The notes beneath the pieces are model-generated. The model worked only from the letters and a program-made list of their open reading frames with translations. It was not told the origin of the DNA and searched no databases. The position numbers and the translations under genes are program-made. 64,000 nucleotides of DNA from an uncultured Saprospirales bacterium (GTDB taxonomy: Bacteria > Bacteroidota > Bacteroidia > Chitinophagales > Saprospiraceae). The DNA lies in assembly GCA_913061325.1 (NCBI GenBank), contig CAJXUU010000001.1, positions 1,864 through 65,863 on the forward strand, given 5' to 3'. Positions 9,920 through 19,531 of the stretch are shown here, one piece after another; positions within the stretch are counted from its first letter, which is position 1, and each line of letters begins with the position of its first letter.

Positions 9920-10849
9920 ATGAATAAAATAAATCACACAAATTTTGATAACGATTTCGACAAACTCCTGTTACAGTGGTTTGATGGAAATTTGTATGGA
10001 CAAGAGTTGTCTGATTTTGAAGCGGACCCTAAATTCATAGAATATAAGAAGATAGGAGATAGCGCAAATGAAATAGATTTTCCTATAATAAATCAAGATT
10101 CTCTTCTCTTAAAAATCAAAAACCAGTTAAAGGATAATGATGTGCCTTCAGCTAAAGTGATTCCTTTATGGAAAAAATTAGTAAGCGTCGCTGTAGTTGC
10201 CGTTGCAATCTTTGGAGTAATGATATTATTCTCCGCAGACATCATTATTGATTCTCACCATGCTATACAATTATCACACGCTTTGCCTGATGGATCTCAG
10301 GTCATTCTCAATAGTGATAGCGAATTAGAATATGATAATAATTTTAATCAAGAACGTGTCCTTAATTTAAAAGGAGAAGCATTTTTCCAAGTAGAAAAAG
10401 GAAAGTCGTTTACTGTTGTTACTGATGAAGGAGAAGTGTCTGTTTTAGGAACTTCATTCAATGTTTTGGCAAGAGATGGTGTATTTGTTGTTTCATGTAA
10501 AACGGGTAAAGTACAAGTATCTTCAAAAAACAATTCCAAAATAATCACCCCAGGAGAAAGGGTTAGATTTAGCAATGGAGTAGCAACTAATATTGAAAAG
10601 GTAAATCCTGTAAAAATTGATGATTGGACATCAGGCGAGTCATATTTTGAACGTGCACCACTTCAAGAAGTCATTTCTTCTATGAGTCACAAGTATGATG
10701 TTGAAATTGATCTCCCTCAAGCTTATCATGGCAAACTATTCACAGGTAGTTTTATCCATAGCGATTTCCAGAAAGCTTCAAAGATGGTTTTAGTCCCTAT
10801 GGGTATAGCGTATGAAGTCACTGAAAATGATGTGTTGAAGATTCATTAA
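9920..10849 (+). CDS. FecR family anti-sigma / signal transducer protein
   Basis: Sits immediately downstream of the ECF sigma gene, with a single central TM helix and a FecR core (LPDGSQVILNSDSELEY...LKGEAFFQVEKGKSFTVVTDEGEVSVLGTSFNV). Confidence 0.75.
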   Translation: MNKINHTNFDNDFDKLLLQWFDGNLYGQELSDFEADPKFIEYKKIGDSANEIDFPIINQDSLLLKIKNQLKDNDVPSAKVIPLWKKLVSVAVVAVAIFGVMILFSADIIIDSHHAIQLSHALPDGSQVILNSDSELEYDNNFNQERVLNLKGEAFFQVEKGKSFTVVTDEGEVSVLGTSFNVLARDGVFVVSCKTGKVQVSSKNNSKIITPGERVRFSNGVATNIEKVNPVKIDDWTSGESYFERAPLQEVISSMSHKYDVEIDLPQAYHGKLFTGSFIHSDFQKASKMVLVPMGIAYEVTENDVLKIH

Positions 10850-11907
10850 AACCCCTTTGATTCTTGAATTTTACTTCTTCTTATCATCACCTCTCTTATC
10901 CAAATAGGGATGATAATCGCACCCACTATAAGATATGAATAATAAGTAATTATTCTCCAAACCAATGCTACGAGTGAAGCTATTCCTTCAGGAACATAAT
11001 CAATATAATATCCCCCAAATAAATATTCAGCTACTCCTGCCCCACCTGGTGTAGGTGTAAATGCGGTAGTGACATGCATGGTCTCAGCCCTAGCCATAAT
11101 CAAAAGTTGATTGTAAAAGTCGAATGGTGTGTCCTCTACAAAAGCAAGAATTATACAATTGATCGCTAAAAATCTAAATACCCAAGCTCCTGTAGTTGCC
11201 AGCATAGCTTTTGCATGATAACCCATAGTCTTCTCTTGCATCTCTTTAGAAGTAGCTACTACATCTTCTGCAGTCTTCTCAAGATCCGATCGAAATCGTT
11301 TAAGAATTTCCCATTTACTGAAAAATAATAAAATGCTTTTAATGGTGTTTGGGTTCACAAACAGTCCATAAAAGAAGACCGCTCCATAGAGGCTCATAAA
11401 GAGAATGACACCAAAAAAAGTATACCCAAACCCATCCAAATCGGTCAATGATTGCATGCCCGGTCTAATCATAATTGCTCCTAGAACTAGATATAACAAT
11501 GGAAGTGAAACCACAAAAAATATAGTGTCTATAACCATCGAGTATAGTACAATAGATACTGTTTTAGCAGTAGATAGTTTCTCTTGTGCTAGTAAAAATA
11601 AAGCAACACCTGATCCACCTACACTCGTAGGGCTCACAGAAGATGCAAATTCCCAGAGTACAATTAACTCCAAAGATTTTGGCCATGAAAATTCTTTATC
11701 TGTCATGATTCTCATCCTCCAGCTGTAGAACATGTGCCTTATAACATACATCATTCCTGCCATGAACACCCAGAAAAATATTGAAGTGCTCCAAGAAATC
11801 TTAGATAGCTCTTCTAAATCCAACTGACGATACATCATCCAGCCGACAACAGCAAGGCCTATTATCATAGGAGGTATTATCCTACTCAATCGAATCGAGT
11901 TCAGCAT
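10846..11907 (-). CDS. Flippase-like / lysylphosphatidylglycerol-synthase TM-region family membrane protein
   Basis: Polytopic membrane protein. The PTPGGAGVAEY motif is typical of the UPF0104/LPG_synthase_TM family. Start chosen at internal ATG 11907, because the listed 12003 start adds a non-membrane leader. Confidence 0.55.
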   Translation of the reverse strand: MLNSIRLSRIIPPMIIGLAVVGWMMYRQLDLEELSKISWSTSIFFWVFMAGMMYVIRHMFYSWRMRIMTDKEFSWPKSLELIVLWEFASSVSPTSVGGSGVALFLLAQEKLSTAKTVSIVLYSMVIDTIFFVVSLPLLYLVLGAIMIRPGMQSLTDLDGFGYTFFGVILFMSLYGAVFFYGLFVNPNTIKSILLFFSKWEILKRFRSDLEKTAEDVVATSKEMQEKTMGYHAKAMLATTGAWVFRFLAINCIILAFVEDTPFDFYNQLLIMARAETMHVTTAFTPTPGGAGVAEYLFGGYYIDYVPEGIASLVALVWRIITYYSYLIVGAIIIPIWIREVMIRRSKIQESKGF

Positions 11908-12004
11908 CGAATTCTCTTCTATATTGTCATCTGTGTGATCTACCAATTTTATTACAATTATCCTTTTTTGATCGAAACGCAAAACTACTAACATTAACCT
12001 CATA

Positions 12005-12337
12005 ATGTCACTTTATGTTCGTCTTATTCAAGTAATATTAGATTCATTTTCATTAAATAGACATCATTACATATGTACAAAAAGATTAATTAGAAAAGAC
12101 TTTTATACTTCCTATCTCATTAAAGAGAATTTTCTAAATATATTTGACTATTGTGAAGAAGGTTTAGGCATGATTACTATCAGTGTCTCAGGCGGTGTTC
12201 CTCCTTATGAAATATCATGGTGCATCGATCAAGATTCTATTGGGTCTGCAGTAATGGACACTAGCGGTTATATGACTATTGATAGTTTGAGTCCAGGGAA
12301 TTATAATTTTATTGATGCTGAGAGGTGTGAAAATTAA
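12005..12337 (+). pseudogene. Isolated SprB-repeat fragment (probable gene remnant)
   Basis: Only the last 55 aa or so look protein-like: ISVSGGVPPYEISW...DSLSPGNYNFIDAERCE matches the SprB repeat pattern (GG.PY.YsW ... G.Y.v.v.D..gC). There is no signal peptide and no further repeats. Confidence 0.3.
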
Positions 12338-12404
12338 TTTTGAGCGGTCAGTTATTTACTAAAAAATCATATTTATAAGGCCGTCACTTTCTGATTATAA
12401 CATC

Positions 12405-13808
12405 TTAAAAATTAAACGAACTACTTAAAAACAAACCGCCTTCCCCCAAATGATTGAAACTATACTCGAACGACATGATAAAGGTATGGTACAATAACAT
12501 GTCAACCGCAGGTCCATACCCCACCAAAAATCGATTATTTAGCGTATTGGTATCTTTATAGGTAGGTTCATTTACAAAACCAAAATCAAGGTTTGCTCTT
12601 AAGAATAATCGAAGATTCATCTTTTTGAACTGTTGCAAAAACATGTACTTTCCCCAATTGACATTCTTTTTATACAACCTAAACCGGAATGAGGTTTTGG
12701 CTACTGCCCAATCCGTTCCATCTACTACATACAGTTCATATCCTCGTATTATATCTTTATCGTAACCAAGTCCTGTATTATTGGCAAATGCAACGGTGTT
12801 TCGAGTCAAGTTTGTTTTTGCTTTAATTCTTCCACCCCAAATCCATCTTTCTCCCAGTTGAAAAAATTTTTCTATCCCTGCAGTAATAGATAGATTGTTG
12901 AAATCATCGAAGATTCCGAGGCCTTCTTTTGTGATATTCCCAAAAAACATAAATCCGCCTTCTGGATATAGGTTAAATATTCTCTTATCATAAGAGAAAT
13001 CATACTTCAAAGCAAAATACCTTTGACTCGTTTCACCATTCAGAAAATAATCAGGTGCTACATCTTCAGCGATTACGTCATCTACACTATTTTGGTGGTA
13101 TTCTAGCTTGAAATCATGGAATTGGTAAACATCCGGTCTATAATTAGCTCCCAGTCCCGTCCTAAATCTCTTTAGTAAGATTCGCTCATCATTGAGCTTT
13201 TCGAACACCGTCTTATTATCAAAAGTAGCATACCCTATCTCTTTTTGATTTGCAAAAAAGATCTCCCCGAAGGCACCCCAAGTCTGCGATATGTATGGAT
13301 AGTTATATTTCAGTTCATACTTTCTAGTATAGCCATGTTGTATTTTTAGTTTCAGTTTATCTTTTCTCCCAGTAACATTTATATGATCGACACTCAAACC
13401 ATAATTAACTCTACTAAAGTCTCTATTCTGATCTGTCCACCATACATTGAAGTTTCTGTCTGCCAATTCAAAGATTAATGAAGGATAGATAAACCAGTTT
13501 TCCTGTAGGGTAAGAACAATGTTTGTTGTTCCATCTTCAATATTCCAATTACTGATATTAAGTGCAACTCCCGTAAATAAAGCTGTGCCAAGCAGTCGTT
13601 TCTCGTTTTCTCGTTTTCTTCTAGGAAGCTCAGAAGTATAGATGGTGTCTCCAATCGAAAAATCTAGCTCGTTGAATATTACATTTGATTTTGTGTGCTT
13701 ATTTCCTTTAACAATAATATCAGATACTAAAAAATAATCTACAGATTGTGCAGAAGCATTTATTGCCACCGCCAGAAATGAAAATAAGATGAATATCGAC
13801 TTACACAT
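12405..13808 (-). CDS. POTRA-domain outer membrane beta-barrel protein (BamA/surface antigen-like)
   Basis: Signal peptide, a POTRA-like segment (IIVKGNKHTKSNVIFNELDFSIGDTI), then a long beta-barrel ending in an aromatic residue (SSSFNF). Confidence 0.55.
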   Translation of the reverse strand: MCKSIFILFSFLAVAINASAQSVDYFLVSDIIVKGNKHTKSNVIFNELDFSIGDTIYTSELPRRKRENEKRLLGTALFTGVALNISNWNIEDGTTNIVLTLQENWFIYPSLIFELADRNFNVWWTDQNRDFSRVNYGLSVDHINVTGRKDKLKLKIQHGYTRKYELKYNYPYISQTWGAFGEIFFANQKEIGYATFDNKTVFEKLNDERILLKRFRTGLGANYRPDVYQFHDFKLEYHQNSVDDVIAEDVAPDYFLNGETSQRYFALKYDFSYDKRIFNLYPEGGFMFFGNITKEGLGIFDDFNNLSITAGIEKFFQLGERWIWGGRIKAKTNLTRNTVAFANNTGLGYDKDIIRGYELYVVDGTDWAVAKTSFRFRLYKKNVNWGKYMFLQQFKKMNLRLFLRANLDFGFVNEPTYKDTNTLNNRFLVGYGPAVDMLLYHTFIMSFEYSFNHLGEGGLFLSSSFNF

Positions 13809-14460
13809 TGAGATAACTCATTAGCGAATCATATCTTTCTTTGAGATCGTCTATATATTCATAATCTGAGAAAGAAGCGGTGATGTCATAACCAAACCTC
13901 TGGAAGGATGATATTATTGAGCCAATATCTTGTTTGTTTATTTTTAGGGTGACTTGCACAATATTACTTTCATCTACTGAAGTGAGAAAAGTACTTAAAA
14001 TGGCTGCATTCTCTGATTCGACTATTCTTGATATCTCTGCAAGACTATATTGTGGCTTAGAAGTAGTAATAACTAATATACTTCCAGGTTCAGAAAATGA
14101 AAAACTATTTGCATAGTACTGAATCAGATCCTCCATAGATATTAGACCAAGGTAGTTTTCATCTTTGTCCACAATAGGTATGACAGTAAGTCTTCCGCTG
14201 GCCATCTTACTCATGACTTCAAAAATATGATCGGTATCTCTGACAAATGGTCTAGCAAGTCCAAGACTGTACGAACCGATAGGCTCATCCATATCATTAT
14301 TCAAAATTATTTCTTCTGATATCAACCCTAAGAATTGAGTCTCATTTACGATTGGCAAATGCTTCACATGGAAGATACTCATCATAGTGATGGATTCTTC
14401 TCCTGTATCACTTGTTCGCAATGGAGATAATTCGTGTGTTATGAGATCTTTCGCTATCAA
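13801..14460 (-). CDS. CBS domain pair protein
   Basis: Two CBS-like segments (HVKHLPIVNETQFLGLISEEIIL and RLTVIPIVDKDENYLGLISMEDLIQY). Overlaps the downstream OMP gene by 8 nt, suggesting translational coupling. Confidence 0.7.
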   Translation of the reverse strand: MIAKDLITHELSPLRTSDTGEESITMMSIFHVKHLPIVNETQFLGLISEEIILNNDMDEPIGSYSLGLARPFVRDTDHIFEVMSKMASGRLTVIPIVDKDENYLGLISMEDLIQYYANSFSFSEPGSILVITTSKPQYSLAEISRIVESENAAILSTFLTSVDESNIVQVTLKINKQDIGSIISSFQRFGYDITASFSDYEYIDDLKERYDSLMSYLNV

Positions 14461-14551
14461 AAGGATATGTTTCTAGTTATATTATATAGTAAACAATATT
14501 TATACCTGCTTTGTGTCTAGATTCTATTATTTTCTTAAAAAATGTCAGCTA

Positions 14552-15400
14552 CTAGCGTCGAAGTAGTTTTTTTCGTTCAAGATTGAACTCTTCTGTACTG
14601 AGTAGTCCTTTTTTTCTCAATTCTGCAAGTTTATTAAGCTGAGATAACAAAACATCATCAGTAATAACCAGTTCTTCATCAGATTGTTCTTGGCTTGCCT
14701 TACTAGGTTGTGATTCAGACCGTGCTCCTAACTTGAACCCATTTGCTTCGAATTCATCAAACTCTGGTTGTATTCTTACAAACGCTAGGTCATCTTTTGT
14801 TTTGATTCTTTCAAAGTCTTTGAAACCGAACTCTACAGCTTTTGATAAGTGATAGTAAGCTTTATCCTTTATTTCAGTCATACTATATGCACAAGCGATA
14901 TTGAAATGAAGAGCAATATCATTTGGATTGATACTTAGTCCTTGTGCAAAATCTTCGATCGCTCCTTCTAAATCATAGTCTTTGTATTTTTTAATGCCAC
15001 TATTTTTGAATGGATTAGCTTTCAATGCTGAAGACCTTGTTGGTGTTGATGCTCTTTTTTCTCTTCTCGTTCTTGTGCTTGTTCTATTTCTACTTTTTTG
15101 TACTTGGCGCTCTCTTCGTTGCTCTAGATAATCGTCTTTTCTGTTTTTAGATGAATACCTATTGTATCTCCTATCAAACTCTTGATCACTCATACTAAGA
15201 AAACGTACCGCCTCAAATATTCCAAATATGAAAAAAATAGGTGCAATCTTAAAACTCGTGGCAATCAACATAAATATCATAAAAAAAGCAGGACCCCTTT
15301 GACGCAAGTAGAAACGCTGGCCACCTACTGCACCTAAAATAAAAGAAATGGCGGCTGCCGTAGTTCTATTTCGTCTTGGTTGATATTTTCTAGTACTCAT
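14552..15400 (-). CDS. TM2 domain / TPR / SHOCT multi-domain membrane protein
   Basis: N-terminal TM2-like segment (AAAISFILGAVGGQRFYLRQ), an Arg/Ser/Thr-rich basic linker, a TPR-like repeat (AIEDFAQGLSINPNDIALHFNIACAY), and a C-terminal SHOCT-like tail (LNKLAELRKKGLLSTEEFNLERKKLL). Confidence 0.55.
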   Translation of the reverse strand: MSTRKYQPRRNRTTAAAISFILGAVGGQRFYLRQRGPAFFMIFMLIATSFKIAPIFFIFGIFEAVRFLSMSDQEFDRRYNRYSSKNRKDDYLEQRRERQVQKSRNRTSTRTRREKRASTPTRSSALKANPFKNSGIKKYKDYDLEGAIEDFAQGLSINPNDIALHFNIACAYSMTEIKDKAYYHLSKAVEFGFKDFERIKTKDDLAFVRIQPEFDEFEANGFKLGARSESQPSKASQEQSDEELVITDDVLLSQLNKLAELRKKGLLSTEEFNLERKKLLRR

Positions 15401-15452
15401 TGTTCAAATTCTTATTCTCTATTAATCATCAAAGCCAATAGCTGAATGATTG

Positions 15453-16676
15453 TTAGTATATTTTGCATGTCAAGATAGCAATATCGTCAGAATATTCTTT
15501 TCCGCCTCTAAATCTATCAATTTCATTTAACAACTCCTCGTTGAATTCGTCAGGACTTCTTTTTTGATGCTCTCTTACAAAGTCCTCAATTTTGTCATCA
15601 TCAAAATATGCACCTGATTCATCTTGCAACTCTGCAAGTCCATCTGTAAATGAGAGTATCATCGCTTCTCCATCAAGATTAATGAGTTCCTCATTGATAT
15701 ACGGAAGTTTTTCAAATGCACCTATGAAGGTACTCCCTTGATCTAATCTGAGCATTTTACCACCATTGACCATCACAGGAGGATAATGCCCCGCATTGAT
15801 ATATCTCATCGTCTTAAGGTCAGTATCTATCTCAGCTATAAAAAACGTTATAAATTTATCTGCCTTAGTAATCCGATAGACAGACTGATTCAATGCAAAG
15901 ACGAAGGTCTCCAAATCTCGATACTGGTAAATTAGATTTTGGATTAATGCCTGAAAGTTTGCCATCAACAAAGCTGCAGCGACCCCTTTTCCAGAAATAT
16001 CTGCAATACATATCGCAAATCTGTTGTCACTGAATTTTATATAATCAAGATAATCACCTCCAACATTTGAATGCGGCATGTAAATCTTTGATAAGGCAAA
16101 ATGTTTCTCCGTTGGTAACGTGTCAGGAATGAGCATATGTTGAACTTCACTGGCTAGCTCCATCTCACGCTTCAGCTTTTCCTGCTCTATCTGTTGTTTA
16201 AACAACCTTTTATTTTCAATTGCCACTGCTATGATGTTCGTAATCGTGGTTATGAATTGGATTTTATTATAAATATCCTCTTTGTCCTTGATGCCTCCAA
16301 TAAGAGAAAATGCTATTGGTTCACTTTTATGAAAAACAGGAATGACAATATCAAATTCTTGTAACATCTCGTCATCTAACTCTTTAATTGTATGAAGACG
16401 TTTATGCTTAAGCAAAAGAGGAATATATTGGCTTATTTCCTTTTTTTTGAAGTTGATAGCACTTGCGCATTTCCATCCTGAATCACCAATAACAAATAGA
16501 GCCATCTTTTCGATCGCCATCTCCCAACTGAGAAATGATTTGTACATATTGAACAAACCATCCGCGGCTACATTATCATTGATCGCTTGCGTAATCGTAA
16601 GTAGGCTTTTGATTTGCAACTGTTTTAAACTCAGTTCTTTCTCTAACTTCTCTAATATCGCGAGTTCTCTATTCAT
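15453..16676 (-). CDS. PP2C/SpoIIE-family serine phosphatase with N-terminal GAF-like sensor
   Basis: ASEVQHMLIP, GGDYLDYI, ADISGKGVAAALLMANF, NAGHYPP, TDGLAE and DDIAILT are SpoIIE/PP2C motifs. Confidence 0.75.
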   Translation of the reverse strand: MNRELAILEKLEKELSLKQLQIKSLLTITQAINDNVAADGLFNMYKSFLSWEMAIEKMALFVIGDSGWKCASAINFKKKEISQYIPLLLKHKRLHTIKELDDEMLQEFDIVIPVFHKSEPIAFSLIGGIKDKEDIYNKIQFITTITNIIAVAIENKRLFKQQIEQEKLKREMELASEVQHMLIPDTLPTEKHFALSKIYMPHSNVGGDYLDYIKFSDNRFAICIADISGKGVAAALLMANFQALIQNLIYQYRDLETFVFALNQSVYRITKADKFITFFIAEIDTDLKTMRYINAGHYPPVMVNGGKMLRLDQGSTFIGAFEKLPYINEELINLDGEAMILSFTDGLAELQDESGAYFDDDKIEDFVREHQKRSPDEFNEELLNEIDRFRGGKEYSDDIAILTCKIY

Positions 16677-17283
16677 TCATTTTATTTAATACTTGTGGTC
16701 AATTGTCTTGATGACCGCGATAAAACCATGCAAAAGGGTGAATGATTTTAAAAAGCTAAAATACACTAAATGCTCCTAAAAGATGACACCTGTCCAAAAA
16801 GAGAAAAAAGAAAGAAATTAAATGATGGCAAAAAGCAATGTCTTAGCGAAGCAATTACAGAATATTATTCTAAATAAATAAGATATAATGTTGCATACAA
16901 TATAAAAAGAGTCGACATTTGTAATGTGAAAAATATTATACTGATAAAGATCGTTATTTTTTATTTCATGGTAACTCTATAAAGAAGAATAATCGACCTA
17001 TTTAATTGTCAAAGCAACATTAATTATTGGTAATTATTAAGTCAACAAAATTATTGGTTTTTGAAGGTTGGAGCCGAACACTATAAAGAATATAAGAGTT
17101 AGATGAATACACCCTTGAAAAGTGATTTACACTCACAATGACGGCAACCAAAAGAACATACCCTGAACTTTTATGTGCCAAATAATACCATAATAACCAA
17201 TTGTGGTAAGAATTTTAGAGATTGTTTCTATCCCCATAGGAATAATTGATAGTATAGATAGTTAAGTCATTTTGTTAATTTGA

Positions 17284-17311
17284 AAAGCCCTGTCCCCGCA
17301 GGGCTTTTTTT
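17284..17311 (+). terminator. Strong orphan rho-independent terminator in a long intergenic region
   Basis: AAAGCCCTG-tccccg-CAGGGCTTT followed by TTTTTTTG. There is no annotated plus-strand gene upstream, since the nearest genes are on the minus strand. Confidence 0.7.
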
Positions 17312-17521
17312 GTTTGTTATCCAGAATTATTCATATCTCTACCTTTCATTAAACAGAATGACATTCCAAAGTTCATAGGAGTCTGAAAACTGATATATAG
17401 CTATGTCTACCTCAAACGGTCCCATAAACACTACCCCACCCAAAAATCAACGCAGTTCTGTCTAATATAATGAACCATTTTTACCGATATTTGCATTCTA
17501 CAAGAGTAAATTCAATCATAT

Positions 17522-18694
17522 ATGAGAATTCTTCAAATTATCTTCGTTTCGATTATTTCAATGTCAATAACATTTGGTCAAGGTATTAACTTCAATGTTC
17601 ATTCATTCGAAGAAGCAATCAAAACTGCAAAAGCAGAAAACAAACTGATATTTGTAGATGCTTATACGACTTGGTGTGGTCCATGTAAATGGATGGCAAA
17701 GAATGTATTTACCGAAGGAAAAGTAGGTGATTACTTCAATAAGTCATTTGTAAATGTAAAGATAGATATGGAGAAAGGAGAAGGACCGAGACTTGCTAAA
17801 GCTTGGAAAATAACTGGATACCCTACACTCATATTTATCGATAAAAATAGCGAAGTTATTCATAGATCAATGGGTTCTCGTCCTTCAGAAGATTTTGTAG
17901 ATCTAGGTCATGCAGCAAATGATCCTGAAAGACAAATCACAACAATGACAAAGAGATTCGAAGCTGGAGAGAGAAGTGAACATTTCCTTTGGAAGTATAC
18001 AGATGCGATGACTTCAGCTGGCCTGAAAGGATTCAGTAAAGTAGCACAAATGTACATGGATACACAGTCAGATTGGACGTCAGAAAAAAACATGAATTTC
18101 CTGTTTGATTATGCAGATGCAACAATGGATTCTAAATTATTCAAGTATACATTGGATCATAGAGAAGCTTTTGAAGCATTGGTTGGTAAAGAAAAATTTG
18201 TACAAAAGCTAAGTTATGCTGCTGATATTGACAGGTCAAAAAGTGGTATAGCCAGAGATGATACTGAAGGACTAAAAGAACATTACTCAAAGTATTATGA
18301 TATTATAACAGCTGAAAATAAAGCAATGGTTAGCTATTTTAATCAACTTATGTATAGTCCTGACCCAGTAGAGCAAGAAAAATTTAAAGCAGAGATACAG
18401 TTATTTCTTGCTGGAAACCCTGATCTTGGTTGGTCATTTTATAACAGTGCCGCTTGGCAAGTATTCGAAATAACATCAGATCAAAATCTTCTCAAAAAAG
18501 CTTCAGAATGGACGAATATATCAATCAATAACACAAAAAATTCATTCAACACAGATACTCAAGCTCATATCCTATATAAGTTAGGAAACCTAAAAGAAGC
18601 TAGAAGATATGCGCTGGCATCAATAGAAATAGCGAAAGAAGAAGGTGCTGATTATAGTGCTACAGAAGCTCTATTGGAAAGAATTGGGAATTAA
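17522..18694 (+). CDS. Thioredoxin-fold protein with helical C-terminal domain (secreted)
   Basis: Signal peptide, a thioredoxin CxxC (FVDAYTTWCGPCKWM) and GYPTLIFI. The C-terminal roughly 250 aa are helical or TPR-like. Confidence 0.7.
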   Translation: MRILQIIFVSIISMSITFGQGINFNVHSFEEAIKTAKAENKLIFVDAYTTWCGPCKWMAKNVFTEGKVGDYFNKSFVNVKIDMEKGEGPRLAKAWKITGYPTLIFIDKNSEVIHRSMGSRPSEDFVDLGHAANDPERQITTMTKRFEAGERSEHFLWKYTDAMTSAGLKGFSKVAQMYMDTQSDWTSEKNMNFLFDYADATMDSKLFKYTLDHREAFEALVGKEKFVQKLSYAADIDRSKSGIARDDTEGLKEHYSKYYDIITAENKAMVSYFNQLMYSPDPVEQEKFKAEIQLFLAGNPDLGWSFYNSAAWQVFEITSDQNLLKKASEWTNISINNTKNSFNTDTQAHILYKLGNLKEARRYALASIEIAKEEGADYSATEALLERIGN

Positions 18695-18705
18695 TTATAT
18701 CTCTT

Positions 18706-18876
18706 TTAAGCAGCTAATGCAAACAAATTCACACCAACACTTTTAAGTAACTCTTTCAGATCATTAGTAAGTATTTCTTTTTTCAATTTGAATTGATTTA
18801 ACATTAAATCAACTTCGTTTTGAGCATTGAGATTGATCATTTCATTCAATTTTTCAAGCGCTGAAATGATGTTCAT
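18706..18876 (-). CDS. Small helical hypothetical protein (56 aa; 70 aa if an upstream in-frame TAA is ignored)
   Basis: Hand translation gives MNIISALEKLNEMINLNAQNEVDLMLNQFKLKKEILTNDLKELLKSVGVNLFALAA. It falls below the ORF-track cut-off. An in-frame ATG at 18918 is followed by a TAA at 18901-18903. Confidence 0.35.
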   Translation of the reverse strand: MNIISALEKLNEMINLNAQNEVDLMLNQFKLKKEILTNDLKELLKSVGVNLFALAA

Positions 18877-18910
18877 AGCTTCTATCGCATTTTCACTTAT
18901 TTAATTTTCA

Positions 18911-19401
18911 TTAGACATGACCGTTTACTCTTATTTTAAAAAATGACTTGTCGAAGGTTTTTTTATTTCGATTTGGTCTTGTTTTGCTAAACCAATTAAA
19001 CCAGTAGCCGTAGTTTGCCTCAAAAGACTTGTCGTTTACTGATAAAACATAGAAGTCTAAATTAAGGTTCTTTTGGATAGTTTATCATTGAATTCCTCTT
19101 TTTTTAGAATTTCTCGAATTGATTTCTGTTGATCATTTTCAATTAGCAATAGAAAGTCTAAGTCTTTAGGATTTGGTTTATTTGAAATAAAACTTCCATC
19201 AATCCAAATTGTAAAACTTTTGAGCCCCTCATTTTTTATAGCTCTAATAAATGAAAGAAAATTATTAACTATTTCCACTCTTAAAGATTCCTTATTAAAA
19301 TGCCTTACAAAATGCTCCTCAAGTTCTAACATGTTAGATTCAACAATATTTTTATCACTTTTTAGATTACCTCTTGTGTCAAATTTAATGATCTCTGCCA
19401 T
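18911..19401 (-). pseudogene. Frameshifted minimal nucleotidyltransferase (MNT / DUF6932-like) gene
   Basis: The N-terminal part (FDTRGNL...FTIWIDGSFISNKPNPKDLDFLLLI) carries the GS...D.D nucleotidyltransferase signature. The reading continues in another frame after the AAAA run at 19071-19074 (NLNLDFYVLSVNDKSFEANYGYWFNWFSKTRPN...FFKIRVNGHV, stop at 18911). The family name is from memory. Confidence 0.5.
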
Positions 19402-19497
19402 ATTTAAGCAAAAAAACAATAAAGAAAATAATAAGCTAAACATGATAACAATAGCTATTCTTCCTCACGTTCATACCTCTCCAAACATATAAAAATA

Positions 19498-19505
19498 TAT
19501 CTTTG
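19498..19505 (+). promoter_or_regulatory. Bacteroidota -7 promoter box (TATCTTTG)
   Basis: TAnnTTTG match 27 nt upstream of the trpS ATG. Confidence 0.45.
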
Positions 19506-19531
19506 CCCCTTCCAAAATAAAATCTCCATTT

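Noticed and set aside
16822-17184. Micro-ORFs of 12-18 codons in the long intergenic region, considered as genuine small protein genes.
   Set aside because: Such ORFs are expected by chance in AT-rich DNA, and nothing in the sequence supports translation. They are kept only as a sub-hypothesis of the orphan-terminator finding.
19071-19074. Programmed ribosomal frameshifting or transcriptional slippage at the AAAA runs.
   Set aside because: Runs of four A are too short for known transcriptional slippage. The contexts do not match slippery heptamers, and no downstream stimulatory structure was evident. Each locus also carries a further inactivating lesion.
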